From NCBI GenBank assembly GCA_913045195.1, contig CAJWQR010000001.1, forward strand, positions 27,702 to 91,701: a DNA stretch of 64,000 nucleotides, given 5' to 3'. Positions 44,100 to 57,629 of this stretch are shown here, piece by piece. A program made the translations under genes and the position numbers. This stretch comes from an uncultured Legionellales bacterium (GTDB lineage: Bacteria; Pseudomonadota; Gammaproteobacteria; Eutrophobiales; Eutrophobiaceae). The first letter of the stretch is position 1. Every line of letters starts with the position of its first letter. The notes under the pieces were generated by a model. The model was given only the letters and a program-made list of their open reading frames with translations. It was not told the origin of the DNA and ran no database searches.

Positions 44100-44308
44100 T
44101 GAAAACATTAGAACTAAGAGATAAAACAAATGAAGAATTACAAACTTTATTGCTAGAAGAGTTGCGTTCTCAATTTAATTTACGCATGAGAAAGGGAACC
44201 GGACAATTAGATAAACCTAGTGAAATAAAAAAAACTCGACGAAATATTGCGAGAATTAACACAGTCCTTAATGAAAAAAAGATTTTCTCGGATAAGGAAA
44301 AATCATGA
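44099..44308 (+). CDS. rpmC: 50S ribosomal protein uL29
   Basis: [20 protein letters not shown]. Confidence 0.97.
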   Translation: MKTLELRDKTNEELQTLLLEELRSQFNLRMRKGTGQLDKPSEIKKTRRNIARINTVLNEKKIFSDKEKS

Positions 44309-44571
44309 GTACAGAAGTATTAAAAAGCAAGACAGTAACAGGCACAGTTATTGGTTCAAAAATGGATAAAACTATTTCTGTACGTATTGAAAGAACTGTA
44401 AAGCATCCTCTTTATGGAAAATATATACGACGCTCAACAAAAGTAATGGCTCATGACGAAATTAATGAATGCAATGAAGGTGATGTTGTGATTATAGAAT
44501 CATCACGTCCGTTATCTAAGAACAAATCATGGCGCTTACAGAAAGTTGTTAGTAAGGCACAAACCGTATAG
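44305..44571 (+). CDS. rpsQ: 30S ribosomal protein uS17
   Basis: KMDKT, HPLYGK, AHDE, RPLSK.KSW. Confidence 0.99.
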   Translation: MSTEVLKSKTVTGTVIGSKMDKTISVRIERTVKHPLYGKYIRRSTKVMAHDEINECNEGDVVIIESSRPLSKNKSWRLQKVVSKAQTV

Positions 44572-44592
44572 AGATCGGGAGATAGAGCGCTA

Positions 44593-44961
44593 ATGATACA
44601 GATGCAAACAATGCTTGATGCAGCAGATAATAGCGGGGCTCGTCGTTTGATGTGTGTAAAGGTTTTAGGTGGTTCAAAACGTCGATATGCAAATGTAGGT
44701 GATGTTATTAAGGTGAGCATTAAGGAAGCGATTCCTCGTGGAAAAGTAAAAAAAGGAGAAGTGTATAACGCAGTCGTAGTGCGTACTCGTAAAGGTGTTC
44801 GTAGAGGAGATGGTTCTTTGATACGTTTTGATGGTAATGCGGCGGTATTATTAAATACGCAGTTGCAACCGGTCGGAACCCGTATTTTTGGTCCTGTTAC
44901 ACGAGAATTACGCGGACTTAAGTTTATGAAAATTGTTTCTTTGGCGCCGGAGGTGCTCTAA
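44593..44961 (+). CDS. rplN: 50S ribosomal protein uL14
   Basis: [25 protein letters not shown]. Confidence 0.99.
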   Translation: MIQMQTMLDAADNSGARRLMCVKVLGGSKRRYANVGDVIKVSIKEAIPRGKVKKGEVYNAVVVRTRKGVRRGDGSLIRFDGNAAVLLNTQLQPVGTRIFGPVTRELRGLKFMKIVSLAPEVL

Positions 44962-44963
44962 AA

Positions 44964-45284
44964 ATGAGTCGAGTCAAAAAAGGCGATGAAGTTATTGTGA
45001 TAGCAGGCCGGGATAAAGGTAAACGAGGCGTTGTTTTGTCGGTTATGGATGAGGTTAACAAGGTAATTATTGAGAATGTTAATATGATAAAACGGCACAC
45101 TAAGGGCAATCCAGCTCAAGGGGCTCCTGGTGGTATAGTCGAGAAAGAATCGCCAATTCACCAATCTAATGTGGCGATATGGAATCCAGTGACGAATAAA
45201 AATGACAGAATAGGATATAGACATTTAGAAGATGGTCAAAAAGTTCGTTACTTCAAGTCAAATAATGAAGTTGTGGATGTGTAG
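44964..45284 (+). CDS. rplX: 50S ribosomal protein uL24
   Basis: [31 protein letters not shown]. Confidence 0.99.
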   Translation: MSRVKKGDEVIVIAGRDKGKRGVVLSVMDEVNKVIIENVNMIKRHTKGNPAQGAPGGIVEKESPIHQSNVAIWNPVTNKNDRIGYRHLEDGQKVRYFKSNNEVVDV

Positions 45285-45295
45285 GAATTTTACTT

Positions 45296-45835
45296 ATGAC
45301 TACGCTACATGAACATTATAAGAATAACGTGATTAAAGAATTAACTGATCAATTTGGTTATAAATCGTGCATGCAAGTACCAAAAATAACTAAAGTCACT
45401 CTAAATATGGGTTTAGGAGAGGCTGTTGCTGACAAAAAAATTATCGAAAATGCGTTAGATGATATGACTAAGATCGCGGGACAAAAACCTATTGTCACTA
45501 AAGCTAGAAAATCTGTTGCAAATTTTAAAGTTCGTGAAGGATGGCCGATTGGATGCAAGGTTACATTAAGACGTCAGCGCATGTACGAATTTCTTGAACG
45601 CTTAATTTCTATAGCCATACCTCGTATTAGAGATTTCCGCGGTTTAAATGCAAAATCATTTGATGGGCGTGGTAATTATAGTATGGGAATTAAAGAGCAA
45701 ATCATTTTTCCTGAAATTGATTTTGATAAGATAGACTCTCTTCGGGGAATGGATATAACAATTACAACTTCTGCGCGTACAAATGAAGAAGCACGGGCAT
45801 TATTAACATCGTTTAAATTACCAATAAAGTCTTGA
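45296..45835 (+). CDS. rplE: 50S ribosomal protein uL5
   Basis: [25 protein letters not shown]. Confidence 0.99.
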   Translation: MTTLHEHYKNNVIKELTDQFGYKSCMQVPKITKVTLNMGLGEAVADKKIIENALDDMTKIAGQKPIVTKARKSVANFKVREGWPIGCKVTLRRQRMYEFLERLISIAIPRIRDFRGLNAKSFDGRGNYSMGIKEQIIFPEIDFDKIDSLRGMDITITTSARTNEEARALLTSFKLPIKS

Positions 45836-45847
45836 GGTTTATTTGAT

Positions 45848-46153
45848 ATGGCAAAGTCTTGTATGGTTAATCGCGAAATAAAAAGAATTCGTTTAGTTAG
45901 TAAATTTTCTGCAAAAAGAGCCGAACTAAAAGCAGTAATTAAGAATACATCATTAAGTGAAGACGAGCGTAGAGAGGCTCGTGAGAAATTAAATAAAATG
46001 CCCAGAGATGCTAGCCCAATACGTATACGTAACCGTTGTAATATAACAGGCCGGGCTCATGGATATTATAGAAAATTTGGATTAGGGCGAAATAAATTAC
46101 GTGAAGCCGCAATGCGCGGCGATATACCTGGATTAGTTAAAGCAAGTTGGTGA
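45848..46153 (+). CDS. rpsN: 30S ribosomal protein uS14 (long, zinc-independent type)
   Basis: [23 protein letters not shown]; 101 aa. Confidence 0.99.
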   Translation: MAKSCMVNREIKRIRLVSKFSAKRAELKAVIKNTSLSEDERREAREKLNKMPRDASPIRIRNRCNITGRAHGYYRKFGLGRNKLREAAMRGDIPGLVKASW

Positions 46154-46177
46154 AAAATTGAGAGAGAATTATAAATA

Positions 46178-46573
46178 ATGAGTATGTCAGACCCAATTTC
46201 CGATATGTTAACGCGAATTCGTAATTCATTGCAGCGTTATAAACGCGATGTAAATATACCTTCATCAAAATTGAAAGTTGCGATCGCAAATATACTTAAA
46301 CAAGAAGGCTATATCAAAGATTACAGAGTTGAAGAACACGATAATAGAGTAATATTAATTATTGAGTTGAAATACTTTGAAGGCAAGCCGGTTATAGAAT
46401 CGTTAAAACGAATTAGTCGTCCTAGTCTTCGGTCCTATAAGTCGACTAATGCATTACCAAAAGTGATGGGCGGTCTTGGTATAGCAATTATTTCTACAGC
46501 AAAGGGTGTAATGACAGATAAATCAGCACGAGAGCACGGTATTGGTGGCGAAGTGTTGTGCTATGTATCATAA
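46178..46573 (+). CDS. rpsH: 30S ribosomal protein uS8
   Basis: [27 protein letters not shown]. Confidence 0.99.
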   Translation: MSMSDPISDMLTRIRNSLQRYKRDVNIPSSKLKVAIANILKQEGYIKDYRVEEHDNRVILIIELKYFEGKPVIESLKRISRPSLRSYKSTNALPKVMGGLGIAIISTAKGVMTDKSAREHGIGGEVLCYVS

Positions 46574-46588
46574 AAAAGGACTGAATTT

Positions 46589-47122
46589 ATGTCGAGAATA
46601 GCAAATAACCCAATAAATATACCTACTGGTGTCGATGTTAATATAGTCGGAAATTTAGTAACGATTAAAGGAAATAAAGGAGAATTATCGCATACTATCC
46701 ATCCTTTGATTAAGCTTGAGCAAATGGACAATGCATTGAAAACATCTACCAAGAACGATAGTAAGTTTGCTAAAGCACTTTCAGGAACAACACGCTCGCT
46801 TATTCAAAATATAGTAACAGGTGTAAGCGAAGGTTTTGAGCGTAAACTTGAAATTATTGGCGTTGGTTATCGTGCTGCAGTGTCGGGTAAAACATTAAAT
46901 TTAACTTTGGGATTTTCACATCCGGTTGTTTTTAAAATACCCGAAGGAATTACAATTGAAACACCTAGTCAAACTGAAATTTTAATTAAGGGCAGCGATA
47001 AACAACAAGTAGGCCAAGTCGCTGCAAATATTCGTTCATACCGGCCACCCGAACCATATAAAGGTAAAGGAGTTCGTTATTCTGATGAGCGGATTATTCG
47101 TAAAGAGGCAAAGAAGAGTTAG
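46589..47122 (+). CDS. rplF: 50S ribosomal protein uL6
   Basis: [26 protein letters not shown]. Confidence 0.99.
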   Translation: MSRIANNPINIPTGVDVNIVGNLVTIKGNKGELSHTIHPLIKLEQMDNALKTSTKNDSKFAKALSGTTRSLIQNIVTGVSEGFERKLEIIGVGYRAAVSGKTLNLTLGFSHPVVFKIPEGITIETPSQTEILIKGSDKQQVGQVAANIRSYRPPEPYKGKGVRYSDERIIRKEAKKS

Positions 47123-47127
47123 TTAAT

Positions 47128-47481
47128 ATGAGTAAAAAAATAGATAGATTACGACGCGCAAAAAAGACACGAGCTAGAATTAAAAGACTCGGCACAGACC
47201 GTTTGTGTGTTCATAAAACAGCACGACATGTTTATGCGCAAGTCATCTCGTCAAATAGTTCGCAGGTGATTGTTAGCGCCTCGAGTTTAGATAAAGAAAT
47301 TAAGAGCCAAATTAAATATAGTGGAAATGTTGAAGCTGCGACAATTGTGGGGGGAATTTTGGCTAAACGTGCTAAAAAAGCTGGTGTAACAAAAGTTGCT
47401 TTTGATCGTTCAGGTTTTAAGTTTCACGGCCGCATTCAAGCACTTGCAAAAGCTGCGCGTGAAAATGGTATGCAATTTTAA
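47128..47481 (+). CDS. rplR: 50S ribosomal protein uL18
   Basis: [17 protein letters not shown]. Confidence 0.99.
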   Translation: MSKKIDRLRRAKKTRARIKRLGTDRLCVHKTARHVYAQVISSNSSQVIVSASSLDKEIKSQIKYSGNVEAATIVGGILAKRAKKAGVTKVAFDRSGFKFHGRIQALAKAARENGMQF

Positions 47482-47492
47482 GAGATGAATTT

Positions 47493-47999
47493 ATGAAATT
47501 AGAAAATTCAATAACGGGTAACGAAGATCTTCAAGAGAAGCTTGTGGCAGTTAATAGGGTTGCCAAAGTAGTTAAAGGAGGTCGTCAATTTGGTTTTGCA
47601 GCATTAACTGTCGTTGGCGATGGTAATGGACGAGTCGGTATAGGGCGAGGTAAATCTCGCGAAGTACCTCTTGCCATACAAAAGGCAATGGAAGATGCAC
47701 GCCGTAGCATGGTCTCTGTATCAGTTAATGAAGGAACACTCCAATACGCAATTACCTCAGAATATGGTGCGGCCAAAGTCTATATGCAGCCAGCTTCAGA
47801 AGGTACCGGAATTATTGCGGGTGGTCCAATGCGAGCAGTTTTTGAGGTAGTAGGTATAAATAATGTTTTAGCAAAGTCGATTGGCTCAACAAATCCAATT
47901 AATGTAATTCGAGCGACTATTAAAGGACTTGAATTAATGTCTTCACCTGAGTATATAGCGGCAAAACGCGGAAAATCTATAAAAGAAGTAATTAGTTAA
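47493..47999 (+). CDS. rpsE: 30S ribosomal protein uS5
   Basis: [23 protein letters not shown]. Confidence 0.99.
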   Translation: MKLENSITGNEDLQEKLVAVNRVAKVVKGGRQFGFAALTVVGDGNGRVGIGRGKSREVPLAIQKAMEDARRSMVSVSVNEGTLQYAITSEYGAAKVYMQPASEGTGIIAGGPMRAVFEVVGINNVLAKSIGSTNPINVIRATIKGLELMSSPEYIAAKRGKSIKEVIS

Positions 48000-48001
48000 T
48001 T

Positions 48002-48256
48002 ATGGCCAAGAAAAAGAAAAAATCTGTTAGCAAGAAAAAGAAAGAATCTGTTAGCAAGAAAAAGAAAGAATCTGTTAGCAAGATAAAGATCACGCTAGTT
48101 AAAAGCGTTAATCGACGAACGAAACAACATAGATCTTGTGTTAGTGGGCTTGGTCTGCGCCGCATAGGACATAGCGTCATTGTTGACGACACACCAGAGA
48201 TACGAGGCATGATTGACAAAGCATATTATTTGCTAGCTGTTGAGGAGGAAGCATAA
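48002..48256 (+). CDS. rpmD: 50S ribosomal protein uL30 with lysine-rich repetitive N-terminal extension
   Basis: IKITLVKS...GLGLRRI...DTPEIRGMI core; position between rpsE and rplO. Confidence 0.97.
   Translation: MAKKKKKSVSKKKKESVSKKKKESVSKIKITLVKSVNRRTKQHRSCVSGLGLRRIGHSVIVDDTPEIRGMIDKAYYLLAVEEEA
48007..48083 (+). repeat. 24-bp tandem repeat, about 3.2 copies, in the rpmD 5' end
   Basis: CAAGAAAAAGAAAGAATCTGTTAG at 48031 and 48055, one-mismatch copy at 48007, CAAGA at 48079. Confidence 0.97.
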
Positions 48257-48260
48257 ACTG

Positions 48261-48695
48261 ATGCGTTTAAATACACTTAAGCCTCACCCCGGATCAACTT
48301 CAAACGCAAAACGTGCCGGTCGCGGAATTGGCTCAACTATTGGTAAGACTAGCGGTCGCGGGCATAAAGGTCAAAAGTCTCGCGCTGGAGGGTATCATAA
48401 GGTTGGCTTTGAAGGCGGACAAATGCCGTTACAAAGACGTTTACCAAAAGTTGGATTTAGTTCTCGTATAAGTCGTGTTACGACTGAAATACGTTTACAC
48501 GAATTAGCTAACTTAGATGCTGATGTTATCGATCTTCAATTGCTTAAATCAGCACATTTGATTAATAAAAATATATTGCGTGTGAAGATTATCTTGTCAG
48601 GAAAATTAGAGAAACCTATAACAGTAAAAGGTCTTATGGTTACGAAAGGCGCAAAAAACGCAATTGAAGCTGCTGGCGGGAAGGTAGAAGAATAA
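48261..48695 (+). CDS. rplO: 50S ribosomal protein uL15
   Basis: [40 protein letters not shown] 48261 preferred to TTG 48240. Confidence 0.99.
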   Translation: MRLNTLKPHPGSTSNAKRAGRGIGSTIGKTSGRGHKGQKSRAGGYHKVGFEGGQMPLQRRLPKVGFSSRISRVTTEIRLHELANLDADVIDLQLLKSAHLINKNILRVKIILSGKLEKPITVKGLMVTKGAKNAIEAAGGKVEE

Positions 48696-50039
48696 ATGGC
48701 AAAATCTAATTCAGCAATTCCCGGAGGACTTGCCGGTCTTGGGCAATTAAAAGAACTACGACAACGACTTTTCTTTGTTTTGGTTGCTTTATTTGTTTAT
48801 AGGGTTGCAACACATATCCCAGTTCCAGGGATTAATCCTGTTGCATTGGCTGAATTATTTAATCAGCAGCGAGGAACGATATTGGATATGTTTAATATGT
48901 TTTCGGGTGGAGCACTGAGTCGTTTTTCGGTGGTAGCGCTTGGTATTATGCCTTACATATCCGCATCAATTATTATGCAATTATTGTCAGTTGTTGATCC
49001 AAAATTAAAGCAGCTTAAAAAAGAAGGCGAAACGGGGCGTAAAAAAATTACGCAATATACTCGGTACGGCACAGTCATATTAGCGACGTTTCAAGCTTTT
49101 GGTGTTGCAATTGCATTGGAGGGGCAACAGGCAACAGGGCAAGCAGTTGTTATGGACCCAGGTATTGGATTTAGAGTAGTTGCAATTACCACACTAGTAA
49201 CAGGTACGATGTTTTTAATGTGGTTGGGCGAGCAAATAACAGAGCGGGGGATTGGAAACGGTATTTCAATGATAATCTTTGCTGGTATTGTGGCAGGTTT
49301 GCCCTCTGCTATTGGTGGAACATTGGAGCTATCGAGAACAGGTGAAATGCATTTGTTAGCAGTGTTTGGATTATTTGCATTAGCAATCGCAGTGACCGGG
49401 TTTGTTGTTTTTGTAGAGCGAGGACAAAGAAGAATAACTGTTAACTATGCAAAACGGCAAGTTGGTAGAAAAATGTATGGTGGGCAGGCAAGTCATTTAC
49501 CATTAAAGTTAAATATGGCCGGAGTAATCCCGCCGATATTTGCCTCAAGTTTGATATTATTTCCTGCTACAATTGCCGGTTGGTTTAGTCAAAGTGAGGG
49601 CATGGGCTGGTTGCAGGATTTTGCAACTACATTATCACCAGGCCAACCAATTTATGTTTTGTGTTATGCAGCAGGAATTATTTTCTTCTGTTTCTTTTAT
49701 ACGGCCATGGTATTTGATCCAAGTGAGACTGCAGACAATTTAAAAAAATCAGGAGCTTTTATTCCCGGCATGCGACCTGGGGAACAAACAGCAAATTATC
49801 TTGATAAAGTGTTAACAAAATTAACTCTCGCGGGCGCTGTTTATATAACTTCTGTTTGTTTATTACCTGAATTTCTCATAGTGAAATTCAATGTGCCATT
49901 TTATTTTGGCGGGACATCACTATTAATTATTGTCGTGGTCGTAATGGATTTTATGTCACAAATACAAGCGCATTTGATGTCTCATCAATATGAGGGACTT
50001 ATGAAAAAGGCTAATCTAAAGGGGCATGGCAGACGTTAA
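48696..50039 (+). CDS. secY: Preprotein translocase subunit SecY
   Basis: [47 protein letters not shown]. Confidence 0.99.
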   Translation: MAKSNSAIPGGLAGLGQLKELRQRLFFVLVALFVYRVATHIPVPGINPVALAELFNQQRGTILDMFNMFSGGALSRFSVVALGIMPYISASIIMQLLSVVDPKLKQLKKEGETGRKKITQYTRYGTVILATFQAFGVAIALEGQQATGQAVVMDPGIGFRVVAITTLVTGTMFLMWLGEQITERGIGNGISMIIFAGIVAGLPSAIGGTLELSRTGEMHLLAVFGLFALAIAVTGFVVFVERGQRRITVNYAKRQVGRKMYGGQASHLPLKLNMAGVIPPIFASSLILFPATIAGWFSQSEGMGWLQDFATTLSPGQPIYVLCYAAGIIFFCFFYTAMVFDPSETADNLKKSGAFIPGMRPGEQTANYLDKVLTKLTLAGAVYITSVCLLPEFLIVKFNVPFYFGGTSLLIIVVVVMDFMSQIQAHLMSHQYEGLMKKANLKGHGRR

Positions 50040-50064
50040 TTTAACGATCTGTATGGAGAAATAT

Positions 50065-50178
50065 ATGAAAGTTAGAGCATCAGTGAAAAGGATTTGTCGT
50101 AACTGCAAGATAATTCGACGTAACCGGGTTGTACGTGTAATTTGTTCTGATCCTCGCCATAAACAACGTCAAGGCTAA
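50065..50178 (+). CDS. rpmJ: 50S ribosomal protein bL36 (zinc-ribbon type), missing from the ORF track
   Basis: Hand translation [44 protein letters not shown]. Confidence 0.99.
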   Translation: MKVRASVKRICRNCKIIRRNRVVRVICSDPRHKQRQG

Positions 50179-50209
50179 ATTAAAAAAAATCAATGGAGAT
50201 TGTAGAATA

Positions 50210-50566
50210 ATGGCACGTATTGCAGGAGTTAACATTCCAGATAACAAGCATCTAAATATTGCTTTGACATATATATATGGCATTGGGCTTAATCGAGCTC
50301 AGAGTATTTGTAACACGCTAGGCTTGAAGTATTCAATCAAAGTAAATCAGTTGTCAGAACCTGATTTAGATAACATACGTACCGAGGTGGGCAAATTTAA
50401 TCTTGAAGGTGATTTGCGTAGAGAAGTGTCGATGAATATCAAACGTTTAATGGACCTTGGCACAAATCGTGGAATTCGCCATCGTCGGGGATTACCAGTT
50501 CGAGGGCAACGTACTAGTACAAACGCGCGTACTCGTAAAGGCCCAAAGAAAATGATCAAAAAATAA
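50210..50566 (+). CDS. rpsM: 30S ribosomal protein uS13
   Basis: [32 protein letters not shown]. Confidence 0.99.
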   Translation: MARIAGVNIPDNKHLNIALTYIYGIGLNRAQSICNTLGLKYSIKVNQLSEPDLDNIRTEVGKFNLEGDLRREVSMNIKRLMDLGTNRGIRHRRGLPVRGQRTSTNARTRKGPKKMIKK

Positions 50567-50584
50567 ATAGGTTTTAATATAATT

Positions 50585-50974
50585 ATGGCAAAAACAGCAA
50601 CAAAGAGTCGTAAACGTATAAAGAGAAATGTTCTCGATGGTATTGCTCATATACACGCTTCATTTAATAATACTATTATCACAATTACTGATCGCGAAGG
50701 TAATACACTTTCATGGGCTACTTCAGGTGGAAGCGGATTCCGCGGTTCACGTAAAAGCACTCCATTCGCCGCTCAAATTGCTTCCCAAAAAGCAGGGGAA
50801 GCTGCAAAAGAATTTGGTCTGGAGAACTTAGAAGTTTTTATAAAAGGTCCTGGGCCCGGTCGTGAATCAGCAGTTCGAGCACTTAACACAGTCGGATTTA
50901 AAATCACCAACATCACTGATGTAACTCCGATTCCGCATAATGGATGTCGTCCGCCTAAAAGGCGTCGAGTTTAA
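50585..50974 (+). CDS. rpsK: 30S ribosomal protein uS11
   Basis: [29 protein letters not shown]. Confidence 0.99.
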   Translation: MAKTATKSRKRIKRNVLDGIAHIHASFNNTIITITDREGNTLSWATSGGSGFRGSRKSTPFAAQIASQKAGEAAKEFGLENLEVFIKGPGPGRESAVRALNTVGFKITNITDVTPIPHNGCRPPKRRRV

Positions 50975-50989
50975 CTCAGGAGTTTAATT

Positions 50990-51610
50990 ATGGCACGTTA
51001 TCTGGGACCAAAATGTAAACTTAGTCGGCGTGAAGGAACAGATTTATTCTTAAAAAGTCGTTCTAGACCAATCGAATCTAAATGTCAGATTGATAAGACG
51101 CCTGGAATGGGAAGTAAACGTCCAGGGAGGATGTCGGACTATGCTTTACAATTAAGAGAAAAACAAAAATTACGCCGTATTTATGGTGTTCTAGAAAAAC
51201 AATTTCGCAGATATTATAAAGAAGCAGCTCGTCAGAAAGGATCAACTGGCGAGAATTTACTTCAGATTTTAGAATGTCGATTGGATAATGTTGTATATCG
51301 CATGGGCTTTGGCTCTACTCGCAATGAAGCGCGTCAATTAATAAGTCACAAAACGATTTTAGTTAATGATAAAAGCGTGAATATAGCTTCTTTTCAAGTA
51401 AGGCCAAGCGACAAAGTTACTGTTAGAGAAAAAAGTAAGAAGCAATTAAGGATTCAGGATGCCTTAAGTGTTGCAGAACAATATGGATTCCCCGATTGGG
51501 TTGAAGTTACCGCCAAGAGTATGGAAGGCGTTTTTAAATCTATTCCAGACAGAAGTGAACTTCCTTCTGAAATTAATGAACAGTTAGTTGTTGAGCTGTA
51601 TTCTAAGTAA
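50990..51610 (+). CDS. rpsD: 30S ribosomal protein uS4
   Basis: [32 protein letters not shown]. Confidence 0.99.
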   Translation: MARYLGPKCKLSRREGTDLFLKSRSRPIESKCQIDKTPGMGSKRPGRMSDYALQLREKQKLRRIYGVLEKQFRRYYKEAARQKGSTGENLLQILECRLDNVVYRMGFGSTRNEARQLISHKTILVNDKSVNIASFQVRPSDKVTVREKSKKQLRIQDALSVAEQYGFPDWVEVTAKSMEGVFKSIPDRSELPSEINEQLVVELYSK

Positions 51611-51634
51611 TTAACGTGTGGAGGATTATCACGT

Positions 51635-52642
51635 ATGTCAACGATAATTAAAGAATTGTTAAAACCGCGTAAATGCCAAGTAGAGGAAATAAATAGTACT
51701 TCTGCAAAAATTATTATTGAACCATTAGAAAGAGGTTTTGGGCACACACTTGGTAATGCATTACGTCGAGTTTTATTATCATCAATGCCAGGTTGTGCTG
51801 TCACTGAGCTTGAGATTATTGAGCCTGAAGTATTGCATGAATACACAACAATGGAAGGTGTTCAGGAAGATGTTACGGATATTATTCTCAATCTTAAGGG
51901 TCTTGCTATTATTATGCATTCAAAGGATGAGGCAACACTAACTCTGAAGAAAAGCGGCCCAGGAGAAGTATGCGCAAGAGATATTACTGTTGATCATGAT
52001 GTGGAAATTGCAAATCCTGATCACCCAATTGCTAATTTAACGAAAGCAGGACAATTAAGCATGGTCATGAAGGTCGTTCGTGGCCGCGGTTACAAGCCTG
52101 TTATTGTTGGCGGGAAAGACGAAGTTGAACAAACTATTGGAAAAATAAAATTAGATGCTTCGTTTAGTCCGGTTAGTCGTGTTTCATATGATGTAGGTAA
52201 TTCACGAGTTGAGCAACGCACTGACTTAGATAAATTAATTATAGAATTAGAAACAGACGGGACAATTGATCCAAATGATGCTATTCGTGAGGCAGCAACA
52301 ATATTACGTTCCCAGTTAGTTATTTTTGTTGATCTTGAAGCGGAAGAAGCAATTGAAGCAAGCAAAAATAGTGAGCCCGAAGTAGACCCAATTTTATTAC
52401 GACCAGTTGATGATTTAGAGTTAACTGTACGTTCTGCAAACTGCTTGAAAGCAGAAAGCATTTATTATATTGGTGATTTGATTCAGCGCACTGAAGTTGA
52501 ACTTCTAAAAACTCCTAATTTAGGCAGAAAGTCATTAACTGAAATAAAAGATATACTGGCCTCACGTGGCTTATCTTTAGGAATGCATTTAGATAATTGG
52601 CCGCCAGCTGGATTTAATAATCAAGAAAGTGTATCCATATAA
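51635..52642 (+). CDS. rpoA: RNA polymerase alpha subunit
   Basis: [37 protein letters not shown]. Confidence 0.99.
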   Translation: MSTIIKELLKPRKCQVEEINSTSAKIIIEPLERGFGHTLGNALRRVLLSSMPGCAVTELEIIEPEVLHEYTTMEGVQEDVTDIILNLKGLAIIMHSKDEATLTLKKSGPGEVCARDITVDHDVEIANPDHPIANLTKAGQLSMVMKVVRGRGYKPVIVGGKDEVEQTIGKIKLDASFSPVSRVSYDVGNSRVEQRTDLDKLIIELETDGTIDPNDAIREAATILRSQLVIFVDLEAEEAIEASKNSEPEVDPILLRPVDDLELTVRSANCLKAESIYYIGDLIQRTEVELLKTPNLGRKSLTEIKDILASRGLSLGMHLDNWPPAGFNNQESVSI

Positions 52643-52662
52643 TTTGAAGAGAGAAAAAAGTA

Positions 52663-53049
52663 ATGCGTCATCGTGAAAGTGGTAGGAAATTAAATCGTAA
52701 CAGTTCTCATCGTAAAGCTATGTTTAGGAATATGGCTATATCTCTAATAGAACATGAGATGATTAAAACTACCTTACCAAAAGCAAAAGAACTACGCCGG
52801 ATTGCTGAACCATTAATTACAATGGCAAAAATTGACAATGTCGCAAAAAGACGTCTCGCATTTTCTCGTCTTCGCGACAGAAATATTGTTACAAAATTAT
52901 TTAATGAGTTAGGCCCGCGTTATAAAGAACGTCCCGGAGGTTATTTGCGTATATTAAAATGTGGTTTTCGAGCCGGCGATAAAGCAGCAATGGCAATTGT
53001 TGAATTGGTGGATAGACCGCGAATACAAGATAATGAGACAACTAAATAA
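52663..53049 (+). CDS. rplQ: 50S ribosomal protein bL17
   Basis: [30 protein letters not shown]. Confidence 0.99.
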   Translation: MRHRESGRKLNRNSSHRKAMFRNMAISLIEHEMIKTTLPKAKELRRIAEPLITMAKIDNVAKRRLAFSRLRDRNIVTKLFNELGPRYKERPGGYLRILKCGFRAGDKAAMAIVELVDRPRIQDNETTK

Positions 53050-53068
53050 TAGTAATAAAATTTAGCAA

Positions 53069-54526
53069 TTAGCCATTTAGTTTTTCTTTAAGCAATTCAT
53101 TGGCCTGTATTGGATTAGCTTTTCCTTTTGATTTTTTCATAATTTGACCGATAAAAAAACTAATAAATTTTTGTTTTTTATCGGCAGGACAATTTTTATA
53201 TTGTTTAACTTGTATTGTATTTTCTGCGATAATTACATCAATAAGGTTTTCAATTTCACTCAAATCAGTAACTTGTTTAAGATCTTTGTTTTCTATTATT
53301 GAAATAGCCTCACCCTCCTTGTTCCACATTGCCTCAAAGACTATTTTTGCTATTTTTCCTGAAATTGTTTTATCTTTTATGAGATTGATCATGTCTCCTA
53401 GCATTTTTGCTGTTACTGGGCTATTTTTTATATTTATATTTTCTTTATTTAAAGAAGCTGATAAATCTCCCATAATCCAGTTTGCACACATTTTTGCATC
53501 ACCATTTGCGACCATTGTTGTTTCAAAATAATTAGCAATATCTGGATTGGCTGTTAAATTATCACTATCATATTCTGATAATCCTAGTTCATTTTGATAG
53601 CGCATGCGTTTTGCATCAGGCAATTCAGGTATTAATTCTCTAACTATTTTTTTTATTTCTTCTGTAATTAAGACTGGAAGTAAATCTGGGTCAGGAAAGT
53701 ATCTGTAATCATTAGCTTCTTCTTTACTTCGCATTGAACGCGTTTCATTTTTATTAGCGTCATAAAGACGTGTTTCCTGCGTAACAATTTTCCCTGATTC
53801 GATCAAATTAATTTGACGTTCGACTTCATGATTAATTGCCGCTTCAATAAATTTAAAAGAGTTAAGATTTTTTATCTCAGTACGAGTACCCAATTCTTTT
53901 TGTTGTGTCGGTTTCACGGAAACATTTGCATCACAACGAAATGAGCCCTCCTGCATATTTCCATCACAGATTTCTAAATAACGAACAAGAGAATGAATCT
54001 TTTTTAAATAGCTAATTGCTTCTTTTGCATTATTCATATCGGGTTCTGAAACAATTTCCAATAAAGGATTTCCAGCTCGATTAAGATCGATTCCCGTACA
54101 ACCATTGAATTGATCATGGTTTGATTTACCCGCATCTTCCTCCAAATGAGCCCTTGTGATCTTAATTATTTTTTTCTTCTTATTTTCGATCACTATCTCA
54201 ATAAGCCCATTACTAACGATTGGTAATTCAAACTGACTAATCTGATAACCTTTTGGGAGATCAGGATAAAAATAATTCTTTCTTGCAAATACAGATCTTT
54301 CTGGAATTTCAGCACCAATAGCCAAGCCAAACTTAATTGCCATTAATATTGCTTGCTCATTAATAACTGGTAGAACACCAGGTAATCCTAAATCCACTGC
54401 ACAAGCCTGTGTATTAGGTTTAGCCCCATAGATTGTTGATGCGCCAGAAAAAATTTTACTTTTTGTTGCTAGTTGGGCATGTATTTCAAGCCCTATTACA
54501 GTTTCCCATTCCGTCGGTTTATTCAT
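53069..54526 (-). CDS. gatB: Asp/Glu-tRNA amidotransferase subunit B
   Basis: [44 protein letters not shown]. Confidence 0.99.
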   Translation of the reverse strand: MNKPTEWETVIGLEIHAQLATKSKIFSGASTIYGAKPNTQACAVDLGLPGVLPVINEQAILMAIKFGLAIGAEIPERSVFARKNYFYPDLPKGYQISQFELPIVSNGLIEIVIENKKKKIIKITRAHLEEDAGKSNHDQFNGCTGIDLNRAGNPLLEIVSEPDMNNAKEAISYLKKIHSLVRYLEICDGNMQEGSFRCDANVSVKPTQQKELGTRTEIKNLNSFKFIEAAINHEVERQINLIESGKIVTQETRLYDANKNETRSMRSKEEANDYRYFPDPDLLPVLITEEIKKIVRELIPELPDAKRMRYQNELGLSEYDSDNLTANPDIANYFETTMVANGDAKMCANWIMGDLSASLNKENINIKNSPVTAKMLGDMINLIKDKTISGKIAKIVFEAMWNKEGEAISIIENKDLKQVTDLSEIENLIDVIIAENTIQVKQYKNCPADKKQKFISFFIGQIMKKSKGKANPIQANELLKEKLNG

Positions 54527-55973
54527 ATGCTTGAGGTATTTTTTGATGCCAATCTGTTACTTTTTGATATTGATGCGCAACATTCATTAGAAGGGATTCT
54601 TGAAAATAATTACCAATTAATTGCATTCCAACAGGCAATTTATTAATAAAGCCAGAAGGGACAGAAATAGCGGGTAGTCCAGCAAGATTTACTGATACAG
54701 TATAAAGATCTGAAAGGTACATACTAATTGGATCATTTAATTTTTCATTTAATTTAAAAGCGACACCAGTTGTTGTTGGTCCAGCTATAATATCTACGTT
54801 CTTAAATACATTTTTGAAGTCATTACTTATTATTTGTCTTATTTTTTGTGCTTTTATGTAATAGGCGTCATAGTAGCCTGCTGAAAGAACATAAGTACCC
54901 GTCATTATTCGTCTTTTTACTTCTTTTCCGAATCCTTCTTGGCGGCTGCGACAATATAAGTCTGAAAGATCTTTTGGTTCTTTACAACGATGACCAAAAC
55001 GAACACCATCGTAACGAGATAGATTAGATGAACATTCGGCTGGAGCGACGACATAATATGCGGGAATTGATAATTCTGTATGTGGTAGTTCAACATCAAC
55101 GCATTTAGCCCCAAGTTTTTCTAATTCTTTGAGGCCATTTTCAATTACCTCAGCAACATTATTATCTAGGTTTTCATCAAAATATTGCTTGGGTAATCCA
55201 ATTTTTAATCCTTTAATTGAATTATTTAATTTTTCTGTATAGTTATCTGTTGGTTTTTCAGTTGATGTCGAATCATGCTCATCAAAACCCGCAATAATAT
55301 TCATAATTAATGCTGCGTCTTCAGCCGTCTGCGTCATTGGGCCTCCCTGATCAAGACTTGATGCAAAGGCTACCATTCCATAACGAGAAACTCTTCCGTA
55401 GGTTGGTTTTAGACCTGTAATACCACAGAATGAGGAAGGTTGTCGTATTGAACCACCAGTATCAGTACCGGTAGCTGCTGGGCTTAGTCGTGCTGCAACA
55501 GCACTTGCGGATCCTCCTGATGAGCCACCGGGAACTCGGCTCTCATCCCAAGGATTTTTAACAGGCCCATAAAAACTCGTTTCATTTGACGAGCCCATTG
55601 CGAATTCGTCCATATTGGTTTTCCCTAACATTATAAGACCAGCATTATTCATCTTTTTAATCAATGTTGCGTCATATGGTGCTATGAAATTATCTAGCAT
55701 TTTCGAGCCACAAGTTGTTTTTGTTCCGCTGGTACAAAAAATATCTTTTTGAGCAATTGGAATTCCTGTTAGTAGGTTATAATCTCCGGAAGCACGTTTT
55801 TTATCTGCTTGTCTTGCTTTTTTTAATGCTTCTTCTTCAGTTATTGTAATAAAACAATTTAACGAATTATTATGTTTATTACAGCGTTCGATATATAGCC
55901 GAATTAATTCTTCACTGCTTATTTTCTTCGATTCAAGAGCTGTTGATAATTGTACTAATGTAGACTTATACAT
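54519..55973 (-). CDS. gatA: Asp/Glu-tRNA amidotransferase subunit A
   Basis: Amidase signature [33 protein letters not shown]. Confidence 0.99.
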   Translation of the reverse strand: MYKSTLVQLSTALESKKISSEELIRLYIERCNKHNNSLNCFITITEEEALKKARQADKKRASGDYNLLTGIPIAQKDIFCTSGTKTTCGSKMLDNFIAPYDATLIKKMNNAGLIMLGKTNMDEFAMGSSNETSFYGPVKNPWDESRVPGGSSGGSASAVAARLSPAATGTDTGGSIRQPSSFCGITGLKPTYGRVSRYGMVAFASSLDQGGPMTQTAEDAALIMNIIAGFDEHDSTSTEKPTDNYTEKLNNSIKGLKIGLPKQYFDENLDNNVAEVIENGLKELEKLGAKCVDVELPHTELSIPAYYVVAPAECSSNLSRYDGVRFGHRCKEPKDLSDLYCRSRQEGFGKEVKRRIMTGTYVLSAGYYDAYYIKAQKIRQIISNDFKNVFKNVDIIAGPTTTGVAFKLNEKLNDPISMYLSDLYTVSVNLAGLPAISVPSGFINKLPVGMQLIGNYFQESLLMNVAHQYQKVTDWHQKIPQAYE

Positions 55974-56029
55974 ATTATGTTAGTTAATAGATTTATTAAA
56001 ATTAGTAATTCATTTGAGCCGTTACACAA

Positions 56030-56317
56030 CTAGTCAATCACTTTCGGAACAAGATAATAACCATCTTTAGTTTCTACTGTATTTTCTTGAAAATTTTCAC
56101 GTTGATCAGTTTCTGTTACTTTATCAATTCGTAAACGAGAGAATAGGTTTATTGGGTGTGCAAGTGGTGCAATATCGGTTGTGTCTACCGAATTCATTTG
56201 CTCCATCAAATTAACAATATCAGTTAATTCATTGCAGTAGTTAGCAATATCTTCTTTATCGATTGCTAATCTTGTTAACCAAGCAATTTTTTCTACTTCA
56301 GATTTATCGATAGACAT
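56030..56317 (-). CDS. gatC: Asp/Glu-tRNA amidotransferase subunit C
   Basis: EVEKIA.L.RL, VDT..I.PLAHP, GYYLVPKVI; upstream of gatA. Confidence 0.97.
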   Translation of the reverse strand: MSIDKSEVEKIAWLTRLAIDKEDIANYCNELTDIVNLMEQMNSVDTTDIAPLAHPINLFSRLRIDKVTETDQRENFQENTVETKDGYYLVPKVID

Positions 56318-56371
56318 ATAAGTAGTCGTCCTTATTTATTGAAAAAATTGGAATTTATTATGTTCCTTTGC

Positions 56372-56400
56372 TTGCTCAAAGCCTCGCCCATTGATACAGT
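56372..56400 (+). promoter_or_regulatory. Probable sigma70 promoter for the mre operon
   Basis: TTGCTC-17 bp-TACAGT with extended TG and a GGCGCC discriminator. Confidence 0.55.
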
Positions 56401-56555
56401 GGCGCCTGTATTAGCATTGAATTCAGTGGCTCAGCACCTGATCCACAGCGCGTAGTTCGATTTTAGATGAATAACAAGGTAGTTGCTATATAACCTTATA
56501 ATATTCAGTCTTTTGTCGGGGTATATATTATAAAAGAGCTAAAATGAAACTATAG

Positions 56556-57611
<1,056 letters not shown>

Positions 57612-57629
57612 TATAGAGAGGAGCGCCAA

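Noticed and set aside
40491..48083. 33-bp and 24-bp repeats as possible CRISPR arrays
   Set aside because: Head-to-tail with no spacers, lengths are multiples of three inside CDSs, and no cas genes are present
53140..53220. Apparent extra residues in the GatB C-terminus ([16 protein letters not shown])
   Set aside because: Similar longer loops occur in other gammaproteobacterial GatB proteins as I recall
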